Source: Escherichia coli
GTDB lineage: Bacteria > Pseudomonadota > Gammaproteobacteria > Enterobacterales > Enterobacteriaceae
NCBI RefSeq assembly: GCF_051903065.1
Contig: NZ_CP178438.1
Length of the DNA: 64,000 bases
Reading direction: 5' to 3' (one strand)
In this document: in pieces, positions 32,424-45,163 of the stretch
Layout: each line of letters starts with the position of its first letter
How positions within the stretch are numbered: the first letter of the stretch is position 1
Translations under genes and position numbers: made by a program
The notes under the pieces: model-generated
What the model saw: only the letters and a program-made list of their open reading frames with translations
Database searches by the model: none
Told to the model about the DNA's origin: nothing

Positions 32424-32441
32424 TGTAAGAGATCTCTCACA
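32424..32441. promoter_or_regulatory. UvrY (BarA/UvrY) binding palindrome upstream of csrB
   Basis: 18-bp near-perfect palindrome tgtaagagatctctcaca about 175 bp upstream of the csrB 5' end. Confidence 0.7.
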
Positions 32442-32460
32442 ACCAGATGGGGTATTTGGA

Positions 32461-33006
32461 TTACAGAAGAGGCTTAAGTTGATTAAGGAATTCCGCAAGA
32501 TTTGAGGCTAAATGCGTCCGTTTACGTGTTCCCAGCGTCTCTTTACACACTTCACCGGAGAGATTACACACCGAGATGACCTCTAACTCTTCTTCCAGCG
32601 TCGCGATAAATAGCGTGGGTGGCAGTTTTAGCCTTTTCTGAGTCACCAGATGACCAATCAGATTTTCCTGCACCCGACGGAAGTCGTCTTCACTCCAGGT
32701 TTGCAGCAATGTCAGTTTGATATCGCCAAACTGCGCGTGCATATCCCCGGCAAACTGAGTCGTATAAAAGGTATGAATTGTGGGTTGTATCACAATATCA
32801 AAAGCGCGTTCAACCGCGTTTACATTTTGTTCCCCGGTAAACGGCTGGGGTTGCCAGTATACGGCATCTTCAGTAGTTGAAATAATGCACGGTGAAGGAA
32901 CGCCGTACAGTTCCTCACTTAACGGCCAGCTTTTATGCTCTTCATGCCACGCATCGCAGTAGCGTGCAGTAAAATCTTTCAGGGCTTGTGCGGTCAAATC
33001 GTCCAC
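32461..33006 (-). CDS. syd: SecY-interacting protein Syd
   Basis: 181 aa, [41 protein letters not shown]... Confidence 0.92.
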
Positions 33007-33073
33007 TAATTTCTCTCTTCACTTAAACCAGATACACTTGTCGTTTAGTTTATCTGGTTTATGACGGTGAAAC

Positions 33074-33922
33074 ATGTCTTCTTATGCAAACCATCAGGCA
33101 CTTGCGGGCCTGACTCTTGGAAAATCAACCGATTACCGGGATACCTATGACGCCAGCCTACTGCAAGGCGTTCCACGCAGCCTGAATCGCGACCCGCTGG
33201 GTCTGAAAGCGGATAACCTGCCTTTTCACGGTACGGATATCTGGACGCTGTATGAACTTTCCTGGCTGAATGCGAAAGGTTTGCCGCAGGTCGCTGTCGG
33301 TCATGTTGAACTTGATTACACCAGCGTAAATCTGATTGAGTCGAAGAGTTTTAAGCTCTATCTCAACAGTTTTAACCAGACGCGTTTTAATAACTGGGAT
33401 GATGTGCGCCAGACGCTGGAGCGCGACTTAAGCACTTGCGCTCAGGGTGAGGTTAGCGTGGCGTTATATCGTCTTGATGAACTGGAAGGCCAGCCGATAG
33501 GTCATTTCAATGGCACTTGCATTGATGACCAGGATATCACTATCGATAACTATGAATTCACTACTGACTATCTGGAGAATGCCACCAGTGGTGAAAAAGT
33601 AGTGGAAGAGACGCTCGTCAGCCACCTGCTGAAATCAAACTGCCTGATCACCCATCAACCAGATTGGGGTTCGATCCAAATTCAGTATCGTGGACGCCAA
33701 ATTGACAGAGAAAAACTGCTGCGTTACCTGGTCTCATTCCGTCATCACAACGAGTTCCACGAACAGTGCGTGGAACGCATCTTTAATGACCTGTTACGCT
33801 TCTGCCAGCCAGAGAAATTGAGCGTTTACGCACGTTATACCCGTCGTGGCGGTCTGGACATTAACCCGTGGCGCAGTAATAGCGATTTTGTCCCATCGAC
33901 CACCCGACTGGTTCGGCAATAA
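33074..33922 (+). CDS. queF: NADPH-dependent 7-cyano-7-deazaguanine (preQ0) reductase
   Basis: 282 aa, two-domain QueF type II. Confidence 0.93.
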   Translation: MSSYANHQALAGLTLGKSTDYRDTYDASLLQGVPRSLNRDPLGLKADNLPFHGTDIWTLYELSWLNAKGLPQVAVGHVELDYTSVNLIESKSFKLYLNSFNQTRFNNWDDVRQTLERDLSTCAQGEVSVALYRLDELEGQPIGHFNGTCIDDQDITIDNYEFTTDYLENATSGEKVVEETLVSHLLKSNCLITHQPDWGSIQIQYRGRQIDREKLLRYLVSFRHHNEFHEQCVERIFNDLLRFCQPEKLSVYARYTRRGGLDINPWRSNSDFVPSTTRLVRQ

Positions 33923-34033
33923 ATTTTTTCTCAATTTTGCGTGCTGGATTCACGCAGAAGGTTGTGAAAGGTCATCAGGCAGGGCTATTGTAATCAAAGG
34001 GAATGACGATATTCGTCCCATAAGGAGTTTTTC

Positions 34034-35398
34034 TTGATTACACATATTAGCCCGCTTGGCTCCATGGATATGTTGTCGCAGCTGGAAGTGGATATGCTTA
34101 AACGCACCGCCAGCAGCGACCTCTATCAACTGTTTCGCAACTGTTCACTTGCCGTACTGAACTCCGGTAGCTTGACCGATAACAGCAAAGAATTGCTGTC
34201 TCGTTTTGAAAATTTCGATATTAACGTCCTGCGCCGTGAACGCGGCGTAAAGCTGGAACTGATTAATCCCCCGGAAGAGGCTTTTGTCGATGGGCGAATT
34301 ATTCGCGCTTTGCAGGCCAACTTGTTCGCGGTTCTGCGAGACATTCTCTTCGTTTACGGGCAAATCCATAATACTGTTCGTTTTCCCAACCTGAATCTCG
34401 ACAACTCCGTCCACATCACTAACCTGGTCTTTTCCATCTTGCGTAACGCTCGCGCGCTGCATGTGGGTGAAGCGCCAAATATGGTGGTCTGCTGGGGCGG
34501 TCACTCAATTAACGAAAATGAGTATTTGTATGCCCGTCGCGTCGGAAACCAGCTGGGCCTGCGTGAGCTGAATATCTGCACCGGCTGTGGTCCGGGAGCG
34601 ATGGAAGCGCCGATGAAAGGTGCTGCGGTCGGACACGCGCAGCAGCGTTACAAAGACAGTCGTTTTATTGGTATGACAGAGCCGTCGATTATCGCCGCTG
34701 AACCGCCTAACCCGCTGGTCAACGAATTGATCATCATGCCGGATATCGAAAAACGTCTGGAAGCGTTTGTCCGTATCGCTCACGGTATCATTATCTTCCC
34801 TGGCGGTGTGGGTACGGCAGAAGAATTGCTGTATTTGCTGGGAATTTTAATGAACCCGGCCAATAAAGATCAGGTTTTACCATTGATCCTCACCGGCCCG
34901 AAAGAGAGCGCCGACTACTTCCGCGTACTGGACGAGTTTGTCGTGCATACGCTGGGTGAAAACGCGCGCCGCCATTACCGCATCATCATTGATGACGCCG
35001 CTGAAGTCGCTCGTCAGATGAAAAAATCGATGCCGCTGGTGAAAGAAAATCGCCGCGACACCGGTGACGCTTACAGCTTTAACTGGTCAATGCGCATTGC
35101 ACCAGATTTGCAAATGCCGTTTGAGCCGTCTCACGAGAATATGGCTAATCTGAAGCTTTACCCGGATCAACCTGTTGAAGTGCTGGCTGCCGACCTGCGC
35201 CGTGCGTTCTCCGGTATTGTGGCGGGTAACGTAAAAGAAGTCGGTATTCGCGCCATTGAAGAGTTTGGTCCTTACAAAATCAACGGCGATAAAGAGATTA
35301 TGCGTCGTATGGACGACCTGCTACAGGGTTTTGTTGCCCAGCATCGTATGAAGTTGCCAGGCTCAGCCTACATCCCTTGCTACGAAATCTGCACGTAA
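34034..35398 (+). CDS. ppnN: Pyrimidine/purine nucleotide 5'-monophosphate nucleosidase (LOG-family)
   Basis: 454 aa (ygdH); apparent TTG start with strong RBS taaggag 7 bp upstream. Confidence 0.9.
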
Positions 35399-35954
35399 TC
35401 TCCGCTCCCCCGGTGACGTTTGTTGCCGGGTTTTCTCGTTTTTGGTCACTTACTCATCAACTCATTTCATTTGTTATATGAATGTTTCTTATCACCCTCA
35501 CGCGACAAATATCATCACAGTTAATATGTCATACAATTTATATTGCAACGCAAACGTTTCCCTATTTTCATAAACCGTATTTTATCGCTATGAAAAAGAA
35601 ATTATCGCCATGATTAACTAAAAGTATTGATTTTTTCAGTTCAACCTACATATATTGCGCGCCCCGGAAGAAGTCAGATGTCGTTTAATGGGCAAATATT
35701 GCCCTTAAATTCTCTTTTACTTTTGATTTACAGAGTAAAGCGTTGGGATAATCTATCTTCCAAGTAGATTATTGTATTTGGGATCAAGATCACTGATAGA
35801 TACATAACTTGTGTGTATCTTTCCGCCCTCAAATTATTACGGCGGTAAATGATTAAGCCATCGCCGATAGACAGATTTCATTTTTACGGTCAGGCACCTT
35901 CCCGGGCTGAACTGGCTAAAAGCTGAATTATTTGCATTCCTCCAGGAGAAATAG

Positions 35955-37244
35955 ATGGAAACGACTCAAACCAGCACGATTGCGTCGAAAGACTCTCGTA
36001 GTGCCTGGCGCAAGACAGACACCATGTGGATGCTGGGCCTTTACGGCACGGCAATCGGCGCGGGCGTGCTGTTCCTGCCAATCAACGCCGGTGTTGGCGG
36101 TATGATCCCGCTGATCATCATGGCTATCCTTGCGTTCCCGATGACGTTTTTTGCTCACCGCGGCCTGACTCGCTTCGTACTGTCTGGTAAAAACCCGGGC
36201 GAAGACATCACCGAGGTTGTAGAAGAACACTTTGGTATTGGCGCAGGTAAACTGATTACCCTGCTCTACTTCTTCGCTATCTACCCGATCCTGCTGGTTT
36301 ATAGCGTGGCAATCACCAATACAGTTGAAAGCTTCATGTCTCACCAGCTGGGTATGACGCCACCGCCGCGTGCGATTCTGTCGCTGATCCTGATCGTGGG
36401 TATGATGACCATCGTTCGCTTCGGTGAGCAGATGATCGTTAAAGCGATGAGTATTCTGGTGTTCCCGTTTGTTGGCGTATTGATGCTGCTGGCTCTGTAC
36501 CTGATCCCGCAGTGGAACGGCGCAGCACTGGAAACGCTGTCTCTGGACACTGCATCTGCAACCGGAAACGGTCTTTGGATGACCCTGTGGCTGGCAATTC
36601 CGGTAATGGTGTTCTCGTTCAACCACTCTCCGATCATCTCTTCTTTCGCCGTTGCGAAGCGTGAAGAGTACGGCGATATGGCAGAACAGAAATGCTCGAA
36701 GATCCTGGCATTCGCACACATCATGATGGTGCTGACCGTAATGTTCTTCGTCTTCAGCTGCGTACTGAGCCTGACTCCGGCAGACCTGGCTGCGGCTAAA
36801 GAGCAGAACATCTCGATTCTGTCTTACCTGGCTAACCACTTTAACGCACCGGTTATCGCGTGGATGGCTCCGATTATCGCGATTATCGCTATCACCAAAT
36901 CCTTCCTCGGCCACTACCTGGGCGCACGTGAAGGCTTCAACGGTATGGTGATTAAATCTCTGCGTGGTAAAGGTAAGTCTATCGAAATCAACAAGCTGAA
37001 CCGTATCACTGCGCTGTTCATGCTGGTAACGACCTGGATTGTTGCCACCCTGAACCCGAGCATCCTGGGTATGATTGAAACCCTGGGCGGCCCAATCATC
37101 GCGATGATCCTGTTCCTGATGCCGATGTACGCAATTCAGAAAGTACCGGCAATGCGTAAGTACAGCGGTCACATCAGCAACGTATTCGTTGTCGTGATGG
37201 GTCTGATTGCAATCTCCGCAATCTTCTACTCTCTGTTCAGCTAA
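35955..37244 (+). CDS. sdaC: Serine:H+ symporter
   Basis: 429-aa HAAAP-family permease, [46 protein letters not shown]... Confidence 0.95.
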   Translation: METTQTSTIASKDSRSAWRKTDTMWMLGLYGTAIGAGVLFLPINAGVGGMIPLIIMAILAFPMTFFAHRGLTRFVLSGKNPGEDITEVVEEHFGIGAGKLITLLYFFAIYPILLVYSVAITNTVESFMSHQLGMTPPPRAILSLILIVGMMTIVRFGEQMIVKAMSILVFPFVGVLMLLALYLIPQWNGAALETLSLDTASATGNGLWMTLWLAIPVMVFSFNHSPIISSFAVAKREEYGDMAEQKCSKILAFAHIMMVLTVMFFVFSCVLSLTPADLAAAKEQNISILSYLANHFNAPVIAWMAPIIAIIAITKSFLGHYLGAREGFNGMVIKSLRGKGKSIEINKLNRITALFMLVTTWIVATLNPSILGMIETLGGPIIAMILFLMPMYAIQKVPAMRKYSGHISNVFVVVMGLIAISAIFYSLFS

Positions 37245-37301
37245 GTCCTTTCGCGCCGCTTTCGGGCGGCGCTTCCTCCGTTTTAACGCGATGTATTTCC
37301 T

Positions 37302-38669
37302 ATGATTAGCGTATTCGATATTTTCAAAATCGGCATTGGCCCTTCCAGTTCTCATACCGTTGGACCAATGAAAGCGGGTAAACAATTTACCGACGATCTG
37401 ATTGCCCGTAACCTGCTTAAAGACGTGACCCGCGTGGTGGTTGACGTGTACGGCTCGCTCTCTCTGACTGGTAAAGGCCACCACACTGATATCGCCATTA
37501 TTATGGGCCTGGCGGGTAACCTGCCGGATACCGTGGATATCGATTCCATCCCTGGTTTTATTCAGGATGTGAATACTCATGGTCGCCTGATGCTGGCAAA
37601 CGGTCAGCATGAAGTGGAGTTCCCGGTTGATCAGTGCATGAACTTCCATGCCGACAACCTTTCTCTGCATGAAAACGGTATGCGCATTACCGCGCTGGCG
37701 GGTGATAAAGTCGTTTACAGTCAGACTTACTACTCTATTGGCGGTGGCTTTATCGTTGATGAAGAGCATTTTGGCCAGCAGGATAGCGCACCGGTTGAAG
37801 TTCCTTATCCGTACAGTTCAGCAGCTGATCTGCAAAAACATTGTCAGGAAACCGGGCTGTCACTCTCTGGCCTGATGATGAAAAACGAGCTGGCGCTGCA
37901 CAGCAAAGAAGAGCTGGAACAGCACCTGGCGAACGTCTGGGAAGTCATGCGCGGCGGTATTGAGCGCGGTATTTCTACCGAAGGCGTGTTGCCTGGCAAA
38001 CTGCGCGTACCACGCCGTGCTGCGGCACTACGCCGGATGCTGGTCAGCCAGGATAAAACCACCACTGACCCGATGGCGGTTGTTGACTGGATCAACATGT
38101 TTGCACTGGCAGTGAACGAAGAGAACGCCGCTGGCGGTCGCGTGGTGACTGCGCCGACTAACGGTGCGTGCGGGATTATCCCGGCTGTGTTGGCGTACTA
38201 CGATAAGTTTATCCGCGAAGTGAACGCTAACTCACTGGCTCGTTACCTGCTGGTAGCCAGCGCCATTGGTTCTCTTTATAAGATGAACGCGTCGATTTCT
38301 GGTGCTGAAGTGGGTTGCCAGGGTGAAGTTGGCGTGGCGTGCTCAATGGCGGCGGCTGGTCTGGCAGAACTATTAGGCGCAAGCCCGGCGCAGGTGTGCA
38401 TCGCGGCGGAAATCGCCATGGAGCACAACCTCGGTCTGACGTGTGACCCGGTCGCCGGACAGGTCCAGGTGCCATGCATCGAGCGTAACGCCATTGCGGC
38501 AGTAAAAGCGGTGAACGCCGCACGTATGGCGCTGCGCCGTACCAGCGAGCCGCGCGTCTGCCTCGATAAAGTTATCGAAACCATGTACGAAACAGGTAAA
38601 GATATGAACGCCAAGTACCGCGAAACCTCTCGCGGCGGCCTGGCAATGAAGATCGTTGCCTGCGATTAA
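37302..38669 (+). CDS. sdaB: L-serine dehydratase 2 (Fe-S)
   Basis: 455 aa, MISVFDIFKIGIGPSSSHTVGPMKAG... Confidence 0.95.
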   Translation: MISVFDIFKIGIGPSSSHTVGPMKAGKQFTDDLIARNLLKDVTRVVVDVYGSLSLTGKGHHTDIAIIMGLAGNLPDTVDIDSIPGFIQDVNTHGRLMLANGQHEVEFPVDQCMNFHADNLSLHENGMRITALAGDKVVYSQTYYSIGGGFIVDEEHFGQQDSAPVEVPYPYSSAADLQKHCQETGLSLSGLMMKNELALHSKEELEQHLANVWEVMRGGIERGISTEGVLPGKLRVPRRAAALRRMLVSQDKTTTDPMAVVDWINMFALAVNEENAAGGRVVTAPTNGACGIIPAVLAYYDKFIREVNANSLARYLLVASAIGSLYKMNASISGAEVGCQGEVGVACSMAAAGLAELLGASPAQVCIAAEIAMEHNLGLTCDPVAGQVQVPCIERNAIAAVKAVNAARMALRRTSEPRVCLDKVIETMYETGKDMNAKYRETSRGGLAMKIVACD

Positions 38670-39536
<867 letters not shown>

Positions 39537-39590
39537 CGGCGAGCCGGATACGCCGCAAACGTCGTATCCGGCATTATCACATCAGCGCAT

Positions 39591-40739
39591 TTACCAGGCG
39601 GTATGGTAAAGCTCTACAATATCCTCAAGCGTTGCTTCACGCGGGTTGCCACCGGTACAAACATCATCCAGTGCCGCCTGAGCCAGTGCCGGAATGTCTT
39701 CCTTGCGTACACCAACATCACGCAAATGTGGCGGAATACCGACATCACGGTTGAGAGCAAACACCGCTTCAACAGCGGCATTACGCGCCTCTTCCAGGCT
39801 CATACCTTCCACTTTCACACCCATAACGCGCGCGATATCGCGGTACTTCTCACCGGTAAAGTCAGCGTTATAGAGCATGACATACGGTAACAGGATGGCG
39901 TTCGCAACACCGTGTGGAGTGTTGTAAAACGCGCCCAGTGGATGCGCCATACCATGCACCAACCCTAACCCAACATTCGAGAAGCCCATACCCGCAACAT
40001 ACTGCCCGAGCGCCATTTCTTCTCCGGCATCCTTATCACCAGCAACCGATCCTCGCAGCGCCCCAGCAATGATTTCAATCGCTTTAATGTGCAGTGCATC
40101 GGTTAGCGCCCACGCGCCACGGGTAATATACCCCTCAATAGCATGAGTGAGCGCATCGACACCCGTCGCAGCTTTCAGCGCTGGAGGCATACCATCCATC
40201 ATGTCAGCGTCAATAAACGCCACCTGCGGGATATCATGCGGATCAACGCAAACAAACTTGCGCCGTTTTTCTTCGTCAGTGATCACGTAGTTAATGGTCA
40301 CTTCTGCCGCAGTGCCTGCTGTGGTGGGGATTGCCAGAATCGGTACACTGGGTTTATTGGTCGGGGAAAGTCCTTCCAGGCTACGCACATCGGCAAACTC
40401 CGGGTTGTTGCTGATAATGCCAATCGCTTTACAAGTATCCTGTGGAGAACCACCACCAATAGCGATCAGGTAATCCGCGCCGCTATTCTGGAATACACCG
40501 AGCCCTTCTTTGACGACAGTAATTGTTGGGTTGGGCACTACGCCGTCGTAAATCGCCCATGCCAGCCCTGCAGCATCCATCTTATCGGTCACTTTCGCCA
40601 CCACGCCGCATTGCACCAGCGTTTTATCGGTGACGATCAGCGCCTTCTGATAACCACGGCGTTTCACCTCATCGGTTAAAGCCCCAACAGCACCCCGACC
40701 AAACCATGCCGTTTCGTTCAGAATCATTCTGTTAGCCAT
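39591..40739 (-). CDS. fucO: Lactaldehyde reductase (L-1,2-propanediol oxidoreductase), iron-containing ADH
   Basis: MANRMILNETAWFGRGAVGALTDEVKRRGYQKALIVTD... Fe-ADH family. Confidence 0.96.
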   Translation of the reverse strand: MANRMILNETAWFGRGAVGALTDEVKRRGYQKALIVTDKTLVQCGVVAKVTDKMDAAGLAWAIYDGVVPNPTITVVKEGLGVFQNSGADYLIAIGGGSPQDTCKAIGIISNNPEFADVRSLEGLSPTNKPSVPILAIPTTAGTAAEVTINYVITDEEKRRKFVCVDPHDIPQVAFIDADMMDGMPPALKAATGVDALTHAIEGYITRGAWALTDALHIKAIEIIAGALRGSVAGDKDAGEEMALGQYVAGMGFSNVGLGLVHGMAHPLGAFYNTPHGVANAILLPYVMLYNADFTGEKYRDIARVMGVKVEGMSLEEARNAAVEAVFALNRDVGIPPHLRDVGVRKEDIPALAQAALDDVCTGGNPREATLEDIVELYHTAW

Positions 40740-40766
40740 CATCCTTCTCCTTGTTGCTTTACGAAA

Positions 40767-41414
40767 TTACTCTTCAATCCGTAACCCATAGGTTTTGAAT
40801 TTCTCCAGCACTACGGCAATCTCTTCATCGCTCAGCACTGGCACCGGGTCCGTAATCGCCAGGGTCGTCAGGTAAAGTTGCGCCAGCACTTCAACTTCAT
40901 GCGCCAGCCATAACGCTTTTTCCAGATTCACCTCACAAGCGATAAGCCCATGATGTTGTAACAAAGTTGCCTTACGATTTTTGAGAGCCAGCGCAACATG
41001 TTCAGAAAGTTCGCGTGTTCCAAAGGTCGCATAAGGCGCGCAAGGAATAGAATTACCGCCAGCCGCCGCAATCATGTAGTGAATAGCGGGGATCGGTCGG
41101 TTAAGAATGGAAACTGCTGTGCAATGAACGGCATGATTGTGAACAACCGCGTTGGCATCCGGTCTGCTTTGATAGGCCGCCATATGGAAACGCCATTCGC
41201 TTGAGGGGAGCTTTCCTTCCTCATGTTTACCGTTGCCATCAATAAAGACAATATGCGACTCCGTCAGTTTTTCATATGGAATACCTGTAGGCGTAATCAG
41301 CATCCCATCCTGATAACGTACACTGACGTTCCCCGCGGTCCCCTGGTTCAGTCCCAGGCGGGTCATTTCCAGGCAAGTGTCAATAATCTGACGAGCAAGT
41401 TTATTTCGTTCCAT
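40767..41414 (-). CDS. fucA: L-fuculose-phosphate aldolase
   Basis: 215-aa class II aldolase, MERNKLARQIIDTCLEMTRLGLNQGTAGNVS... Confidence 0.96.
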   Translation of the reverse strand: MERNKLARQIIDTCLEMTRLGLNQGTAGNVSVRYQDGMLITPTGIPYEKLTESHIVFIDGNGKHEEGKLPSSEWRFHMAAYQSRPDANAVVHNHAVHCTAVSILNRPIPAIHYMIAAAGGNSIPCAPYATFGTRELSEHVALALKNRKATLLQHHGLIACEVNLEKALWLAHEVEVLAQLYLTTLAITDPVPVLSDEEIAVVLEKFKTYGLRIEE

Positions 41415-41960
41415 TAGCTACCTCTCTCTGATTCAAAACAGGGCAATAATGTTGTTCCTTTCACACTATTGAATTAGCCGTTTAATTACCCACCATCTTC
41501 TTCCTGATTAACCAGAAAGAAATTCACAAGCTTATATTTTGTGACCTGGTTCAACTAATCACAGTAAATAACTGCAAGCTCTCTTTTTATAACCCCATTA
41601 AAAATGACCGCTCTTAAAAATATTTATCAAAACGGTCATTTTTCTATTCACCTAAGCCAGGAATGCCCGTTTTCGGCATAAACAATTAATACGGTCATCT
41701 GGTTTGTGTTTTTTATGATTTATTTTCTGAAACGGGCATGAAATTTCGATTATTAAAGTGATGGTAGTCACATAAAGTCACCTTCCAGCTAATAAGTGTG
41801 ACCGCCGTCATATTACAGAGCGTTTTTTATTTGAAAATGAATCCATGAGTTCATTTCAGACAGGCAAATATTCACTGATATGAAGCCCGAACTCGCTGGT
41901 TTTGCACTTTTGAAAACATAACCGATTACGTGCTTAAGCTTCTGAACCTAAGAGGATGCT
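41415..41960. promoter_or_regulatory. Divergent fucAO / fucPIKUR control region
   Basis: About 545-bp AT-rich intergenic region between divergent operons; FucR/CRP sites expected from the literature, individual sites not resolved here. Confidence 0.6.
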
Positions 41961-43277
41961 ATGGGAAACACATCAATACAAACGCAGAGTTACCGTGCGG
42001 TAGATAAAGATGCAGGGCAAAGCAGAAGTTACATTATTCCATTCGCGCTGCTGTGCTCACTGTTTTTTCTTTGGGCGGTAGCCAATAACCTTAACGACAT
42101 TTTATTACCTCAATTCCAGCAGGCTTTTACGCTGACAAATTTCCAGGCTGGCCTGATCCAATCGGCCTTTTACTTTGGTTATTTCATTATCCCAATTCCT
42201 GCTGGGATATTGATGAAAAAACTCAGTTATAAAGCAGGGATTATTACCGGGTTATTTTTATATGCCTTGGGTGCTGCATTATTCTGGCCCGCGGCAGAAA
42301 TAATGAACTACACCTTATTTTTAGTTGGCCTATTTATTATTGCAGCCGGATTAGGTTGTCTGGAAACTGCCGCAAACCCTTTTGTTACGGTATTAGGGCC
42401 GGAAAGCAGTGGTCACTTCCGCTTAAATCTTGCGCAAACATTTAACTCGTTTGGCGCAATTATCGCGGTTGTCTTTGGGCAAAGTCTTATTTTGTCTAAC
42501 GTGCCACATCAATCGCAAGACGTTCTCGATAAAATGTCTCCAGAGCAATTGAGTGCGTATAAACACAGCCTGGTATTATCGGTACAGACACCTTATATGA
42601 TCATCGTGGCTATCGTGTTACTGGTCGCCCTGCTGATCATGCTGACGAAATTCCCGGCATTGCAGAGTGATAATCACAGTGACGCCAAACAAGGATCGTT
42701 CTCCGCATCGCTTTCTCGCCTGGCGCGTATTCGCCACTGGCGCTGGGCAGTATTAGCGCAATTCTGCTACGTTGGCGCACAAACGGCCTGCTGGAGCTAT
42801 TTGATTCGCTACGCTGTAGAAGAAATTCCAGGTATGACTGCAGGCTTTGCCGCTAACTATTTAACCGGAACCATGGTGTGCTTCTTTATTGGTCGTTTCA
42901 CCGGTACCTGGCTCATCAGTCGCTTCGCACCACACAAAGTCCTGGCCGCCTACGCATTAATCGCTATGGCACTGTGCCTGATCTCAGCCTTCGCTGGCGG
43001 TCATGTGGGCTTAATAGCCCTGACTTTATGCAGCGCCTTTATGTCGATTCAGTACCCAACAATCTTCTCGCTGGGCATTAAGAATCTCGGCCAGGACACC
43101 AAATACGGTTCGTCCTTCATCGTTATGACCATCATTGGCGGCGGTATTGTCACTCCGGTCATGGGTTTTGTCAGTGACGCGGCGGGCAACATCCCCACTG
43201 CTGAACTGATCCCCGCACTCTGCTTCGCGGTCATCTTTATCTTTGCCCGTTTCCGTTCTCAAACGGCAACTAACTGA
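41961..43277 (+). CDS. fucP: L-fucose:H+ symporter
   Basis: 438-aa MFS permease. Confidence 0.96.
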   Translation: MGNTSIQTQSYRAVDKDAGQSRSYIIPFALLCSLFFLWAVANNLNDILLPQFQQAFTLTNFQAGLIQSAFYFGYFIIPIPAGILMKKLSYKAGIITGLFLYALGAALFWPAAEIMNYTLFLVGLFIIAAGLGCLETAANPFVTVLGPESSGHFRLNLAQTFNSFGAIIAVVFGQSLILSNVPHQSQDVLDKMSPEQLSAYKHSLVLSVQTPYMIIVAIVLLVALLIMLTKFPALQSDNHSDAKQGSFSASLSRLARIRHWRWAVLAQFCYVGAQTACWSYLIRYAVEEIPGMTAGFAANYLTGTMVCFFIGRFTGTWLISRFAPHKVLAAYALIAMALCLISAFAGGHVGLIALTLCSAFMSIQYPTIFSLGIKNLGQDTKYGSSFIVMTIIGGGIVTPVMGFVSDAAGNIPTAELIPALCFAVIFIFARFRSQTATN

Positions 43278-43309
43278 ACATATTTTCCGAATAAAGTGAG
43301 GAATCTGTA

Positions 43310-45085
43310 ATGAAAAAAATCAGCTTACCGAAAATTGGTATCCGCCCGGTTATTGACGGTCGTCGCATGGGTGTTCGTGAGTCGCTTGAAGAACAAACAA
43401 TGAATATGGCGAAAGCCACGGCCGCACTGCTGACCGAGAAACTGCGCCATGCCTGCGGAGCTGCCGTCGAGTGTGTCATTTCCGATACCTGTATCGCGGG
43501 TATGGCTGAAGCCGCTGCTTGCGAAGAAAAATTCAGCAGCCAGAATGTAGGCCTCACCATTACGGTAACGCCTTGCTGGTGCTATGGCAGTGAAACCATC
43601 GACATGGATCCAACCCGCCCGAAAGCCATTTGGGGCTTTAACGGCACTGAACGTCCCGGCGCTGTTTACCTGGCAGCGGCTCTGGCAGCTCACAGCCAGA
43701 AAGGCATCCCGGCATTCTCCATTTACGGTCATGACGTTCAGGATGCCGATGACACATCGATTCCTGCCGATGTTGAAGAAAAACTGCTGCGCTTTGCCCG
43801 CGCCGGTTTGGCCGTCGCCAGCATGAAAGGTAAAAGCTATCTGTCGCTGGGCGGCGTTTCGATGGGTATCGCCGGTTCTATTGTTGATCACAACTTCTTT
43901 GAATCCTGGCTGGGAATGAAAGTCCAGGCGGTGGATATGACCGAACTGCGTCGCCGTATCGATCAGAAGATTTACGACGAAGCCGAACTGGAAATGGCAC
44001 TGGCCTGGGCTGATAAAAACTTCCGCTATGGCGAAGATGAAAATAACAAACAGTATCAACGTAATGCCGAGCAAAGCCGCGCAGTTCTGCGCGAAAGTTT
44101 ACTGATGGCGATGTGTATCCGCGACATGATGCAAGGCAACAGCAAACTGGCCGATATTGGTCGCGTGGAAGAATCACTTGGCTACAACGCCATCGCTGCG
44201 GGCTTCCAGGGGCAACGTCACTGGACCGATCAATATCCCAATGGTGACACCGCCGAAGCGATCCTCAACAGTTCATTTGACTGGAATGGCGTGCGCGAAC
44301 CCTTTGTCGTGGCGACCGAAAACGACAGTCTTAACGGCGTGGCAATGCTAATGGGTCACCAGCTCACCGGCACCGCTCAGGTATTTGCCGATGTGCGTAC
44401 CTACTGGTCACCAGAAGCAATTGAGCGTGTAACGGGGCATAAACTCGATGGACTGGCAGAACACGGCATCATCCATTTGATCAACTCAGGTTCTGCTGCG
44501 CTGGACGGTTCCTGTAAACAACGCGACAGCGAAGGTAACCCGACGATGAAGCCGCACTGGGAAATCTCTCAGCAAGAGGCTGACGCTTGCCTCGCCGCTA
44601 CCGAATGGTGCCCGGCGATCCACGAATACTTCCGTGGCGGCGGTTACTCTTCCCGCTTCCTTACCGAAGGCGGCGTCCCGTTCACCATGACTCGTGTCAA
44701 CATCATCAAAGGCCTGGGACCGGTACTGCAAATCGCGGAAGGCTGGAGCGTGGAATTGCCTAAGGATGTGCATGACATCCTCAACAAACGCACCAACTCA
44801 ACCTGGCCAACCACCTGGTTTGCACCGCGCCTCACCGGTAAAGGGCCGTTTACGGATGTGTACTCGGTAATGGCGAACTGGGGCGCTAACCATGGGGTTC
44901 TGACCATCGGCCACGTTGGCGCAGACTTTATCACTCTCGCCTCCATGCTGCGTATCCCGGTATGTATGCACAACGTTGAAGAGACCAAAGTGTATCGTCC
45001 TTCTGCCTGGGCTGCGCACGGCATGGATATTGAAGGCCAGGATTACCGCGCTTGCCAGAACTACGGTCCGTTGTACAAGCGTTAA
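43310..45085 (+). CDS. fucI: L-fucose isomerase
   Basis: 591 aa, [41 protein letters not shown]... Confidence 0.97.
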   Translation: MKKISLPKIGIRPVIDGRRMGVRESLEEQTMNMAKATAALLTEKLRHACGAAVECVISDTCIAGMAEAAACEEKFSSQNVGLTITVTPCWCYGSETIDMDPTRPKAIWGFNGTERPGAVYLAAALAAHSQKGIPAFSIYGHDVQDADDTSIPADVEEKLLRFARAGLAVASMKGKSYLSLGGVSMGIAGSIVDHNFFESWLGMKVQAVDMTELRRRIDQKIYDEAELEMALAWADKNFRYGEDENNKQYQRNAEQSRAVLRESLLMAMCIRDMMQGNSKLADIGRVEESLGYNAIAAGFQGQRHWTDQYPNGDTAEAILNSSFDWNGVREPFVVATENDSLNGVAMLMGHQLTGTAQVFADVRTYWSPEAIERVTGHKLDGLAEHGIIHLINSGSAALDGSCKQRDSEGNPTMKPHWEISQQEADACLAATEWCPAIHEYFRGGGYSSRFLTEGGVPFTMTRVNIIKGLGPVLQIAEGWSVELPKDVHDILNKRTNSTWPTTWFAPRLTGKGPFTDVYSVMANWGANHGVLTIGHVGADFITLASMLRIPVCMHNVEETKVYRPSAWAAHGMDIEGQDYRACQNYGPLYKR

Positions 45086-45163
45086 TACATTACTCCCTGA
45101 TGTGATGCCCGGTCGCTCCGGCTACCGGGCCTGAACAAGCAAGAGTGGTTAGCCGGATAAGCA

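Noticed and set aside
35928-37769. 613-aa ORF on the minus strand
   Set aside because: Entirely antisense to sdaC, which is unmistakable; it has a His/Arg/Gln-rich low-complexity composition typical of reverse-frame artefacts in GC-biased coding sequence.
43325-44074. 249-aa ORF on the minus strand
   Set aside because: Antisense to fucI.
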